Positions 31,987-41,179 of a stretch of 64,000 bases of DNA are shown piece after piece. The notes beneath the pieces were generated by a model, which was not told where the DNA came from, searched no databases, and saw only the letters and a list, made by a program, of their open reading frames with translations. The translations under genes were made by a program, and so were the position numbers. Position 1 is the stretch's first letter. Each line of letters begins with the position of its first letter. Source of the DNA: Thermoanaerobaculia bacterium. GTDB lineage: Bacteria; Acidobacteriota; Thermoanaerobaculia; Gp7-AA8. Location: assembly GCA_036389275.1 (NCBI GenBank), contig DASVQE010000052.1, positions 99,637 through 163,636 on the forward strand, written 5' to 3'.

Positions 31987-33482
31987 TCGTCCGGTACGAG
32001 CGCCCGCTGCTCGCGAAACATCAGGGCTTTGCGTACCAAGTCGCGGCCGTCGACGCGCTCAAAGACCTGCCGTACGGCGCGGTCTTCCATGAGCAGGGGC
32101 TTGGGAAGACGAAGATCGCCATCGACCTCGCGCTGTACTGGCTCACGCACGATGTCGTCGACTCGGTGCTCATCGTCACGAAAAAGGGCCTCGTCAAAAA
32201 CTGGACGGACGAGCTGGCGATGCACACGCACCTGCAGCCGCGCATCCTCACGCAGGACCGGAAGGCGAACTTCTACGCCTTCAACAGCCCCGCGCGCGTG
32301 TACCTCGCGCACTACGAAGTGATGCGCAGCTCGCAGAAGAAGCTCGCGCTGTTTCTGAAAACCCGGCGCGTCGGTGCGATCCTCGACGAAGCGCACCGGA
32401 TCAAGAACCCGACCGCGGATCTCACCGAGAGCGTGCTGACCCTTGCGCCGAAGTTCACGCGGCGCGTCATCCTGACCGGGACCCCCGTCGCAAATCGCCC
32501 CTTCGATCTCTGGGCGCCCATCTCGTTCCTCGACGGCGGGCAAGCGCTCGGCCACGACTACAAGACCTTCCGTTCGTCACTCGACCTCCGCAACGACTTC
32601 CATCGCCGGCCGGATCTGGCGCTGAACTTCGAGCGCACGCTCGCGCAGGTGTACGACCGCATCCGCCCGTTCGCGGTGCGCGAGACGAAGAACTCCGCCG
32701 GCATCGAGCTCCCGACGAAGGATGTGCGCAACGTGCTCGTCGAGCTCGATGGCCGACAGGCGGATCTCTACCGCGAGTTTCGCGATGAGCTGAGCGCCGT
32801 CGTCGTGAAGGCGGGACGCGTGCTGCGCGACGACGCTGATGAGATGCTCAAGCGGCTCCTGCGGCTCGTGCAGGTTGCGTCGTACCCGCGCCTCGTCGAC
32901 CAGGGCTACAGCGGCACGCCGAGCAAGTTTCCCGTGCTGCGCAGCCTCGTGGAAGATGCCGTCGACCGTGAGGAGAAGACGATCGTCTGGACGGCGTTCA
33001 CCGAGAACGTGGACTGGCTCGCGCGGGAACTCGACAACTTCAACCCGGCACGGGTCCACGGGAAGATGGCCATCACGGCGCGCGAGGCGTCGGTGGCGCG
33101 CTTCAAGACCGAGCCAGACTGCAAGCTCCTCATCGCGACGCCGGCGTCCGCGAAGGAGGGCCTCACTCTCACGGTGGCGAACAACGCCATCTTCTACGAC
33201 CGTTCCTTCAGTCTCGACGACTACCTCCAGGCGCAAGACCGCATCCACCGTATCTCCCAGACGAGGGCGTGCACCGTCACGAACCTGATCGCTGCGGGAA
33301 CCGTGGATGCGTGGGTGGATGTGCTGCTCGCGGCCAAACAGCTCGCGGCGCAACTCGGGCAGGGCGACATTACGGCGGAGGCGTATGCCGCGAACGCCAA
33401 TTACGCATACGGCGCGATGCTCCGGGACGTTCTCGGCATCGGCGACGGAGACGACCATGACCACGAAGACCACGCAGGCTGA
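31977..33482 (+). CDS. SNF2-family (SF2) helicase/ATPase
   Basis: HEQGLGKTKIAI (I), ILDEAHRIKN (II), LTGTPVANRPFDLW (III), QAQDRIHRISQTR (VI). Confidence 0.85.
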   Translation: MPLIVRYERPLLAKHQGFAYQVAAVDALKDLPYGAVFHEQGLGKTKIAIDLALYWLTHDVVDSVLIVTKKGLVKNWTDELAMHTHLQPRILTQDRKANFYAFNSPARVYLAHYEVMRSSQKKLALFLKTRRVGAILDEAHRIKNPTADLTESVLTLAPKFTRRVILTGTPVANRPFDLWAPISFLDGGQALGHDYKTFRSSLDLRNDFHRRPDLALNFERTLAQVYDRIRPFAVRETKNSAGIELPTKDVRNVLVELDGRQADLYREFRDELSAVVVKAGRVLRDDADEMLKRLLRLVQVASYPRLVDQGYSGTPSKFPVLRSLVEDAVDREEKTIVWTAFTENVDWLARELDNFNPARVHGKMAITAREASVARFKTEPDCKLLIATPASAKEGLTLTVANNAIFYDRSFSLDDYLQAQDRIHRISQTRACTVTNLIAAGTVDAWVDVLLAAKQLAAQLGQGDITAEAYAANANYAYGAMLRDVLGIGDGDDHDHEDHAG

Positions 33483-34455
33483 CGACTCCATCACCATCCG
33501 CGGCCAGCAGGTGCCGACGCGAAACGCGGAACTCGACCAGGCGAAGCTCAAGTTCTTCGCGGACAACCCACGCATCTACGCGATCGTGCATCAGAACGGA
33601 CACCAGCCGACGCAGGATGAGATCGAGGACATCCTGCTCAAGACGGAGTACGTCCGCGAGCTGATGGTCGACATCAAGAGCAACGGCGGGCTGATGGAGC
33701 CGCTCATCGTCCGCGACGGGACGTTCGAGGTGCTGGAGGGCAACAGCCGCCTCGCGGCGTACCGGGGCCTGGCCAAGCAAGATGCCATCACGTGGGCAAA
33801 GGTGAAGTGCCGGCTGCTGCCGAAGGACATCGATGAAGCACTCGTCTTCGCGCTCCTCGGTCAGCTCCACGTGAAGGGGAAGAAGGCGTGGCAGCCGTTC
33901 GAGCAGGCTGGGTTCCTCTACCGCCGCTGCAAGGGCCAGAAGATGGACTACGAGAAGCTCGGCGCGGAGATTGGGCTCAAGTGGAAGACGGTGAAACACC
34001 TCGTGGAGACGTACCAGTTCATGCTCGACCGCAAGGAGCCGCCGGAACGGTGGAGCTACTGGGACGAGTATCTGAAGTCGTACAAGATCGCGCGGGCGCG
34101 GGAAAAGCAGCCGAACCTCGATGATGTCATCGTCGCGAAGGTGAAGTCCGACGAGATTCCGAAGGCCGTGCTCATTCGCGAGGAGCTGCCGCACATCTGC
34201 GAGGCGCCGAAGGTCCTGCAGAAGTTCGTCGACGGAAAGGTGAAGTTCGAAGCGGCGGCCGAGCAGGCTCGCAACAGCGGCACGGATAACGTGCCGTACC
34301 GGCGCATTCTGAAGTTCCGCGAGTTCCTCACCGATCCATCCTGCGAGGATTCGATCCTCGCCTCCGAGCCCGGCGTGCGGGCGAAGTGCGCGTACGAGCT
34401 GGAGAAGATCGAGGCGCGCGCGAAGGCGCTGAAGGGCAAGCTGAAGGCGAAATGA
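33457..34455 (+). CDS. ParB/Srx-like nuclease-domain protein (paralog 2)
   Basis: FFADNPRIYA … LMEPLIVRDGTFEVLEGNSRLAAYRGL. Overlaps the helicase 3' end by 26 nt. Confidence 0.75.
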   Translation: MTTKTTQADDSITIRGQQVPTRNAELDQAKLKFFADNPRIYAIVHQNGHQPTQDEIEDILLKTEYVRELMVDIKSNGGLMEPLIVRDGTFEVLEGNSRLAAYRGLAKQDAITWAKVKCRLLPKDIDEALVFALLGQLHVKGKKAWQPFEQAGFLYRRCKGQKMDYEKLGAEIGLKWKTVKHLVETYQFMLDRKEPPERWSYWDEYLKSYKIARAREKQPNLDDVIVAKVKSDEIPKAVLIREELPHICEAPKVLQKFVDGKVKFEAAAEQARNSGTDNVPYRRILKFREFLTDPSCEDSILASEPGVRAKCAYELEKIEARAKALKGKLKAK

Positions 34456-34479
34456 GTCGTTGAATCGTGCAGCGCAGCT

Positions 34480-35556
34480 GTGCGAAAATTGCACCGAACG
34501 GCTGCAATTTGTGCAGCCTACGACTGCATGTGCGAGAAGCCCATCACATTCACCGGCGTCGTCGGCAAATCGGCCGGACGGCGCGTCTTCCTCGGCTTCG
34601 CGCCGGCGAAGGTGCTGCACGCCATCAGCTTCGCGGATGTGCTGAACGAGGATACCGGGAAGGGCTACCAGCGCCGCCTGAACCAGCAGCACAGCCTCGA
34701 CTTCCGAAAATACATCCAGAAGCCCGGGGCCGCGACCATCCCGCTCACGCTCAACGCCCGGCCCTGCGCGGACGATACGTGGAAGGTCACGACTAGCGGC
34801 GCCGTGGCGAAGCTCACGATCTGCGCGGGCGCGGGGCGCGTGCTCACGCAGATCGATTGCCAGCACCGGCTGGGGAGTCTCCACGACGTGGAGACGGAGC
34901 TGCCGTTCATGTGTTTCCTCGGCCTCGACGAGCGCGAGGAAATGGAGATTTTTAGCGTCATCAACAGCAAGGCGAAGGGCCTGAGCCGCAGCCTGCTTGA
35001 CTTCCACGCCGCGACGCTGGCCGAGAACCTCGCGACCGAGCGCCCCGAGCTCCTGATCGCACTGCACCTCAACGCCGATGCGTCGTCTCCGTGGCACCAG
35101 CAACTCGACCTCGGCGGCACGACCACGTCGGGCCTGAAGCGGCGCGCCTCACTGCGGACGATGCAGAAGGCGGTGAAGCACTTCCTCGCGCAGGCGAAGC
35201 TCGGGAAGACCACGGACATCGAAGTGCTCGCGGGCGCTGTCCTGGCGTTCTGGTCGGCGGTCGCGCAGGTACTGGAAGACGCATGGCGCGAGCCGCGGCA
35301 CTACCTCGTGAACAAGGGCGTCGGCGTGTACGCCCTCATGGCGATTGCAGGTGATCTCGTGCAGGAAGCGCCGAGCGTGGCCTCCTGCGATAAGCGCTAC
35401 TTCGTCGCCAAGCTCTCGGAGTTCCTCGCGAACGTCGACTGGTCGACGGATGGGACCTTCAAGGGGCTCGGCGGTGAGGCGGGCGTCAAATACGCGGTGG
35501 CGCAGGTCCGCTCGGTGCGCAAGAAGAGCCGCATGAAGGTGGTACGTCGTGGCTAA
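34480..35556 (+). CDS. DGQHR-domain (DndB-like) protein
   Basis: GKGYQRRLN…, TQIDCQHRLGSL (a DCQHR variant of DGQHR). N-terminal ITFTGVVGKSAGRRVFLGF. Confidence 0.6.
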   Translation: MRKLHRTAAICAAYDCMCEKPITFTGVVGKSAGRRVFLGFAPAKVLHAISFADVLNEDTGKGYQRRLNQQHSLDFRKYIQKPGAATIPLTLNARPCADDTWKVTTSGAVAKLTICAGAGRVLTQIDCQHRLGSLHDVETELPFMCFLGLDEREEMEIFSVINSKAKGLSRSLLDFHAATLAENLATERPELLIALHLNADASSPWHQQLDLGGTTTSGLKRRASLRTMQKAVKHFLAQAKLGKTTDIEVLAGAVLAFWSAVAQVLEDAWREPRHYLVNKGVGVYALMAIAGDLVQEAPSVASCDKRYFVAKLSEFLANVDWSTDGTFKGLGGEAGVKYAVAQVRSVRKKSRMKVVRRG

Positions 35557-37138
35557 CAAGAACATCCTGCTGATCGAGCCGGGGTACAAGAACAAGTACC
35601 CGCCGCTGGGCCTGATGAAGATTGCCCAGTACCACGGGCCACGAGGAAAGCGCGACAACGTGCGCTTCATCAAGGGTGAAGACCGCTCCGTGCTCACCAC
35701 GGCGTGGGATCGGATCTACGTCACCACGCTCTTCTCTTTCGAGTTCGATCGGATCGAGCGCAGCATCGACTTCGCGATATACGTGGCGAACGGCCATCGC
35801 GACCGCGTGTTCGTCGGCGGTATCGCGGCGTCCCTGATGCACGAGCGCTTCCTCTCCGTCGCGAAGTGGCGTGGCGTGCGATTTATCAAGGGCCTGCTCG
35901 GTGAAGCGCCAGCGAAGTCCCTGCAGCTCGACTCCTTCTCCGAAGAGCTGTACTCCGACGATTTCACCGGCTCGGCGATCGAGGACTTGGTGCCGGACTA
36001 CAGCATCCTCGATCAGATCGACTACAAGTACCCGGTGAGTGATGCCTACTTCGCGTACGCTTCACGCGGATGCATCCGCAAGTGCACGTTCTGCGGCGTC
36101 CCGAAACTCGAAGGGGATCAGCGCGACACCGAATCGCTGACGGCGCTCGTGAAGAGCATCGATCAGCTCTACGGCGAGAAGAAAGACCTGACGCTCATGG
36201 ACAACAACGTCGTGGCGTCACCGACCTTCCGTGAGCTCATTGCAGAGATCCGAGACTTGGGGTTCGTACCGGGCGCGAAGTTGAAGCGTGGACGCGTGCC
36301 GGTGCAGCGCCGCGTGGACTTCAACCAGGGCGTGGACGCTCGCATCCTCTGCAAGTCGCCGATGTACCTCCGGGAACTGTCGACCATCTCTATCAAGCCG
36401 CTCCGGATCGCGTTCGATCACCTCGGACTGAAAGGCCCATACGAGCAGGCGATACGCTACGCGCGCGAGTTCGGGCTGACGGAGCTCTCGAACTACATGC
36501 TCTACAACTTCCATGACACGCCGACCGATCTCTACGAGCGCATGGTCCTCAACGTGAAGCTCAACGAGGAACTCGGGATGCGCATCTGGTCGTTCCCCAT
36601 GCGCTACCAGCCCACGGACCTTCCGAACCGGTCGCACATCGGCAAGAACTGGTCGCGCTACCAGCTGCGATCGATGCAGCTCATCCTGCAGGCTACGCAC
36701 GGCATCGTGAGCGGCGAGCCTGACTTCTTCTATCGCGCGTTCGGCGCGAACGCCGATGAGTTCCGCGACATGCTGCTGCGGCCTCATCACCAAATCTTCA
36801 ACCGTGAGTGGTACGAATTTGGGGATGGCCGAGCCGACTACCGTGAGTTTCGTCGCGCGTTCGCGAAGCTCACCGAGAGTGATCGTGCCGAGCTGGTAAC
36901 ACTGCTGTCGTCGTGCGATCCGAAAGACTTCAAGTCGCTGCCGAAGCAAGCGACATCAAGCGCCGTGAAGAAGGTGTTGCCGTTGTACATCCCGATCTCG
37001 AAGGAAGAGGAGGCGTCGATTTGGGCGAAGCGGCGCGCGGAGGTGGCGGCGGTGTCCGACGAAGAGCGCGTCGAAGATGCTGGTCTCGAAGATGACGATC
37101 AGATGGCGTTCCCGTTGGCGGCAGGTGCACGCGCATGA
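35549..37138 (+). CDS. B12-binding-domain radical SAM enzyme (class-B-like)
   Basis: N-terminal NILLIEPGYKNKYPPLGLMKIAQY. CxxxCxxC cluster YASRGCIRKCTFCGVP. GTG start overlapping the upstream stop. Confidence 0.8.
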   Translation: MANKNILLIEPGYKNKYPPLGLMKIAQYHGPRGKRDNVRFIKGEDRSVLTTAWDRIYVTTLFSFEFDRIERSIDFAIYVANGHRDRVFVGGIAASLMHERFLSVAKWRGVRFIKGLLGEAPAKSLQLDSFSEELYSDDFTGSAIEDLVPDYSILDQIDYKYPVSDAYFAYASRGCIRKCTFCGVPKLEGDQRDTESLTALVKSIDQLYGEKKDLTLMDNNVVASPTFRELIAEIRDLGFVPGAKLKRGRVPVQRRVDFNQGVDARILCKSPMYLRELSTISIKPLRIAFDHLGLKGPYEQAIRYAREFGLTELSNYMLYNFHDTPTDLYERMVLNVKLNEELGMRIWSFPMRYQPTDLPNRSHIGKNWSRYQLRSMQLILQATHGIVSGEPDFFYRAFGANADEFRDMLLRPHHQIFNREWYEFGDGRADYREFRRAFAKLTESDRAELVTLLSSCDPKDFKSLPKQATSSAVKKVLPLYIPISKEEEASIWAKRRAEVAAVSDEERVEDAGLEDDDQMAFPLAAGARA

Positions 37139-38661
37139 TGCGACTGGCCGCCGTCGAACCGGTATGGGAATCGGGACCCGAGGAAATACTCCTCGGCGTC
37201 GACGTGATCGAACTCGTGAGCTCGTCCATGTACGTCGATGCCTTGAGTGCGTACCGCGAGTACGTACAGAACGCAGCCGACGCGGTCGACGACGCCCGCG
37301 ATCAGGGCCTCGACGCAGGCAGGATCGACATCACCATCGATCCCGCGACGCGTACCGTACGCGTACGCGACAACGGGACCGGGCTCGCGCAACGAGCGTT
37401 CGTCCGCCGAATGACCGCCTTCGGTGCGAGCGACAAACGGCACCGGGAACGGCGCGGCTTTCGAGGCGTTGGCCGGCTTGCGGCCCTGGGGCACTGCCAG
37501 GAGTTGATCTTTCGCTCACAGGCGGAGGGCGAGCGCGTCATCTCGGAACTCCGGTGGGACGGGCGCCTCCTCCGCTCGTTGCTGCGAGCATCCGACTTCG
37601 ATGGTTCGCTCTCGGACGCGGTACGAAACATTACTGCCCATCGAACGCTTCCGACGAAGACTGCGGATCGGTACTTCGAAGTTGAAATCCGGGGTGTCGC
37701 ACGCCACGGGAAAGACGATCTCCTCAACGATGCCGTGGTGCGGCAGTACCTCGCCGAGGTGGCTCCGGTGCCGTTCTCTCCGGAGTTCGTCCACGGTCCT
37801 GCCATCAACGCGTTTCTGCGCGAGCGCGGCGTGCGCGCCGATGTCGACATCTACATCAACGGTGACGGGCCGATTTACCGGTCGCACCGCGACAGGGTCC
37901 AGCTCAAGCCTGGCGTGGAGTGCGCGCTGGACGCGCCCGAATTCTTCGACCTCCCCGGCCTGGACGGTGAGCGTGCAGCGTGCGGATGGGTGATGCACCA
38001 CGACTACCTCGGCGCCATCCCTCGCGATGAGGGTATCCGCGGCGTACGGTTGCGCAGCAGCAACATCCAGGTCGGCAGCGACGACATCCTCGTGGAACTC
38101 TTTCCCGAGCCGCGGTTCAACTCGTGGGCCGTCGCCGAGGTCTACGTTCTCGACCGCCGAATCCTGCCCAACGGCCGCAGAGACAACTTTGAACAGTCCG
38201 CGCACTTCGCGAATGTCGTGAATCAGCTGACGCCGCTCGCCCGCACCGTCGCGGGCCATTGCCGTTCGGCGTCAATGTCGCGACAGCGGATGCGTAACGC
38301 CACGCTCTTCGAGGAGCGCGTTCAGCGCGACATGGCGATCGTGAAACAGGGCGCGATCACGAAGGCAGCGCGAGAACAGCGGCTCACCGACGCATACGCG
38401 ACACTGGAGAAGCTCGCCAAGCTCGCGCTGTCTAACATTCTCTCGGAGGAGCAGCGCCGCATGATCGACGCACGCGTCCGGAAGCTCGAGTCACAGCTCG
38501 CGAAGCTCGATGGCAACGAGCGGCGCGCCAAGCCATTAGAGCGGCTCACGCCACAGAAGCGCCGAGCGTACGAAGAGGTGTTCTCGCTGATTTACGCCTG
38601 TGCGCCAGACGTTCGCACTGCGAGAGACCTCGTAGATCGCGTGTTGTCGCGCATCACTTAG
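37135..38661 (+). CDS. GHKL-superfamily (MORC/MutL-like) ATPase with C-terminal coiled-coil
   Basis: Bergerat motifs EYVQNAADA (N box), VRDNGTGL (G1), RGFRGVGRLAALG (G2). ATGATG coupling. Confidence 0.75.
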   Translation: MMRLAAVEPVWESGPEEILLGVDVIELVSSSMYVDALSAYREYVQNAADAVDDARDQGLDAGRIDITIDPATRTVRVRDNGTGLAQRAFVRRMTAFGASDKRHRERRGFRGVGRLAALGHCQELIFRSQAEGERVISELRWDGRLLRSLLRASDFDGSLSDAVRNITAHRTLPTKTADRYFEVEIRGVARHGKDDLLNDAVVRQYLAEVAPVPFSPEFVHGPAINAFLRERGVRADVDIYINGDGPIYRSHRDRVQLKPGVECALDAPEFFDLPGLDGERAACGWVMHHDYLGAIPRDEGIRGVRLRSSNIQVGSDDILVELFPEPRFNSWAVAEVYVLDRRILPNGRRDNFEQSAHFANVVNQLTPLARTVAGHCRSASMSRQRMRNATLFEERVQRDMAIVKQGAITKAAREQRLTDAYATLEKLAKLALSNILSEEQRRMIDARVRKLESQLAKLDGNERRAKPLERLTPQKRRAYEEVFSLIYACAPDVRTARDLVDRVLSRIT

Positions 38662-38945
38662 GGCTGCCTCTCTCGATCGATATCCCAACCATGGCGAGAT
38701 GCAAGCGAATGGCTTGCCGGGTCTCGATGCCGTCGGGCGGCAATTCGACGCCTGCGGCGGGCGTGAGGTGCGGGGATTCCGTCGCCCACGATCCACGACG
38801 ACGAAGCGCGGATCATCGGTGCCGATGACGGCGAGCTGGGATAGGGATCTTAAGCCGCAATGCTCGAAAACACGGACACTTCACGGACACTCGCGCTGTT
38901 GCCCAACGACTTCGCGCAACGCGCAAGCAAGCCCTAAAAACACTA

Positions 38946-38968
38946 AAGCCGCTGTTTCCAGCGGCTTA
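38946..38968 (-). terminator. Hairpin + T-tract downstream of the tRNA
   Basis: Minus-strand agccgctg-gaaa-cagcggct followed by TTAGTGTTTTTAGGG. Confidence 0.5.
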
Positions 38969-38980
38969 GATCAATCGAAG

Positions 38981-39058
<78 letters not shown>

Positions 39059-39149
39059 ATAGGTGGTGTTGCTGCGAAGCGGCGGGATTATGGCGGGCGG
39101 GCCGGGTCGCGTCAAGGTCTCGTAGAACTTTCTCTCGCGAACGCTTATT

Positions 39150-39776
39150 TCAGCGGCGGATGGGGAGGCGGGCGCCGGTGATGGCGGCGGCGGCGTCGGA
39201 GAGGAGGAAGGCGATGGCGTCGACGACGTTTGCCAGCGGGACGAGCTCCGATTCGGGCATCGACTCGAGCATCGCGGGCGTAGCCATGGCGGCGGGTAGG
39301 ACGGCGTTGGCGGTGATGCCGGTGCCGCGGTGCTCGGCGGCGAGGATTTCGACGAGCGCGTCGAGCGCGCTCTTCGAGACGGTGTAGGCGGCGGTGCCGG
39401 GGGTGCGGGCGAGCGTGGCTTCGGAGGACACGAAGAGGAGGCGTCCGGGGCGGGTGAGGTGCGCGAGCGCTTCGCGCGCGGCGAGGAACGCGGCGGTGGT
39501 GTTGAGGGCGAGCATCTTCGACCAGGTCGCGAGTGACGTTTCCGCAACGTTGCCGGGCGCGAATCCGCCGGCCAGATGGACGAGTCCATAGATTTCGCCG
39601 ATGCGTCCGAAGGCTTCCCGCACGCTCGACTCGTCGCCGAGGTCGGCGCGGATTCCCTCGTGATTTTCGGGCGGTGTGGAGTGATAGAGAAGGATGCAGC
39701 GGTAGTCGCGGGAGAGACGCTCGGTGACGGCGGTGCCGAGGCCGCCGGTGCCGCCGGTGAGGACAAGAGTGCGCAT
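39150..39776 (-). CDS. SDR-family oxidoreductase
   Basis: LVLTGGTGGLG Rossmann motif. 208 aa. Confidence 0.8.
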   Translation of the reverse strand: MRTLVLTGGTGGLGTAVTERLSRDYRCILLYHSTPPENHEGIRADLGDESSVREAFGRIGEIYGLVHLAGGFAPGNVAETSLATWSKMLALNTTAAFLAAREALAHLTRPGRLLFVSSEATLARTPGTAAYTVSKSALDALVEILAAEHRGTGITANAVLPAAMATPAMLESMPESELVPLANVVDAIAFLLSDAAAAITGARLPIRR

Positions 39777-39822
39777 CGCGTGAGTGTAAGCTGGCCCGGA
39801 TCTTTCTTGAGGTCGCCGCGGA

Positions 39823-41057
39823 TGATCCGCTTCGTCCTGGTCCTGCTGTTCGCATTGCGTGCGAGCGCGGCGATGCTTCCCGGATTTCGCGTCGAGCCGA
39901 TCGCGCGGGTGCCGGGCTTCGTCAGCTCGCTCGCCGCAGACTCGCGCGGCGTCATCTACGCCTCCACCACCAGCGGCTGGATCTACCGCATCGACGGCGC
40001 GCAGGCGACGCCGGTGGCCTCGCTGCCGACGCACGAAGGCGGCAACGGCGGCCTGCTCGGCCTCGCGCTCATCGACGACCGCACCGCCGCGGTGCACTAC
40101 ACCACCTGGGCGGGCGCGGAGACGGACTCGCGCGTCCTCGACGACGTCATCTCGACCGTCGACCTGCAGAGCGGCGCCGAAACGGTCCTGCACACGTTCG
40201 TGTGCGACGTCGACTTTCGTCCGAACGGCGCCTCCTCCGAACATCACGGCGGCAACCCCACCGTCGCTCCCGACGGCGCGATCTTCGTCGGCATCGGCGA
40301 GTACAACGGCCGCGTCATCGCGCAACTCCCGGGCTGGAACGGCGGCCGGATCTTCCGCATCGCGCGCGACGGCACGGCCACCCAGTGGGCTCTCGGCCTG
40401 CGCAACCCGTACGATCTCGCGTGGGATCCGCAGCTCGCGCGCATCGTCGTCACCGACAACGGCCCGAACGCCGGCGACGAGATCGACATCGTCCCCGAGC
40501 ATGCGAACCTCGGCTGGCCGCACACCTACGGGCACGAGGCGCCGATGGACGGCGCGGTCGCGCCGTCGTACGTCTTCCCGAGCACCGTCGCGCCGACCGG
40601 CATCCAGCGGCTCGCCGGCGCGAATGCGCTGCTGCGCCGCGGCTATCTCCTGGGCGCGTTCGTGACCGACGCGCTCTACTACTTCGAGGACGTCGAGCAT
40701 CCCGAGCCGGTGGCGATCTTCGACAAGCTCGACGAAGCGGTGATCGACGTGACCGAAATGGCGGGCGGCGAGATCGTCTTGGCCACGGCCTCGTTCTTCG
40801 GGACGTCCTCGATTCAGCGGCTGCACGTGCCGCCGCGCGGTGACTGCAACGGCGACGGCCTGGTCAACAGCAGCGACCTGAGCGCGCTCTACCTCGAGTT
40901 GCGCGACGGCGATCCGCAGCCGATGACGCAGGCGCAGGGCGGCACGTACGTCGGGAGTTGGGGCTGCGACGCGAACGGCGACGGAGCGATCAGTTCCGCC
41001 GACGTGCTCGTCCTGGCGCGCTCGACCGGCAAGCGGCGCGCGGTCCGGGTGCGGTAG
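39823..41057 (+). CDS. PQQ-dependent sugar (glucose/sorbosone) dehydrogenase-like beta-propeller with C-terminal dockerin-like repeats
   Basis: Signal peptide. TDNGPNAGDEIDIV…NLGWPH. DCNGDGLVNSSD / CDANGDGAISSAD. Confidence 0.65.
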
Positions 41058-41179
41058 CGGGACAGGCTGTCCCATTTCGAGCCCAATTCGCCGGGCTCAG
41101 CAGGACGTTCCACCCGGACGAACACGGCACCTCCGATGCATTGTGACCCGTAGAAGTTATTTGAATGGAGGCAGAACAA

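Noticed and set aside
33370-35103. 577-aa minus ORF, and other long minus ORFs (30124..31536, 36218..36949, 37516..38259) inside the rSAM operon
   Set aside because: Antisense to strongly supported + strand genes with conserved motifs. Composition is non-protein-like.
39150-41075. 641-aa minus ORF
   Set aside because: Only the last 208 aa (the SDR) are real. The upstream part is antisense to the PQQ-dehydrogenase gene.
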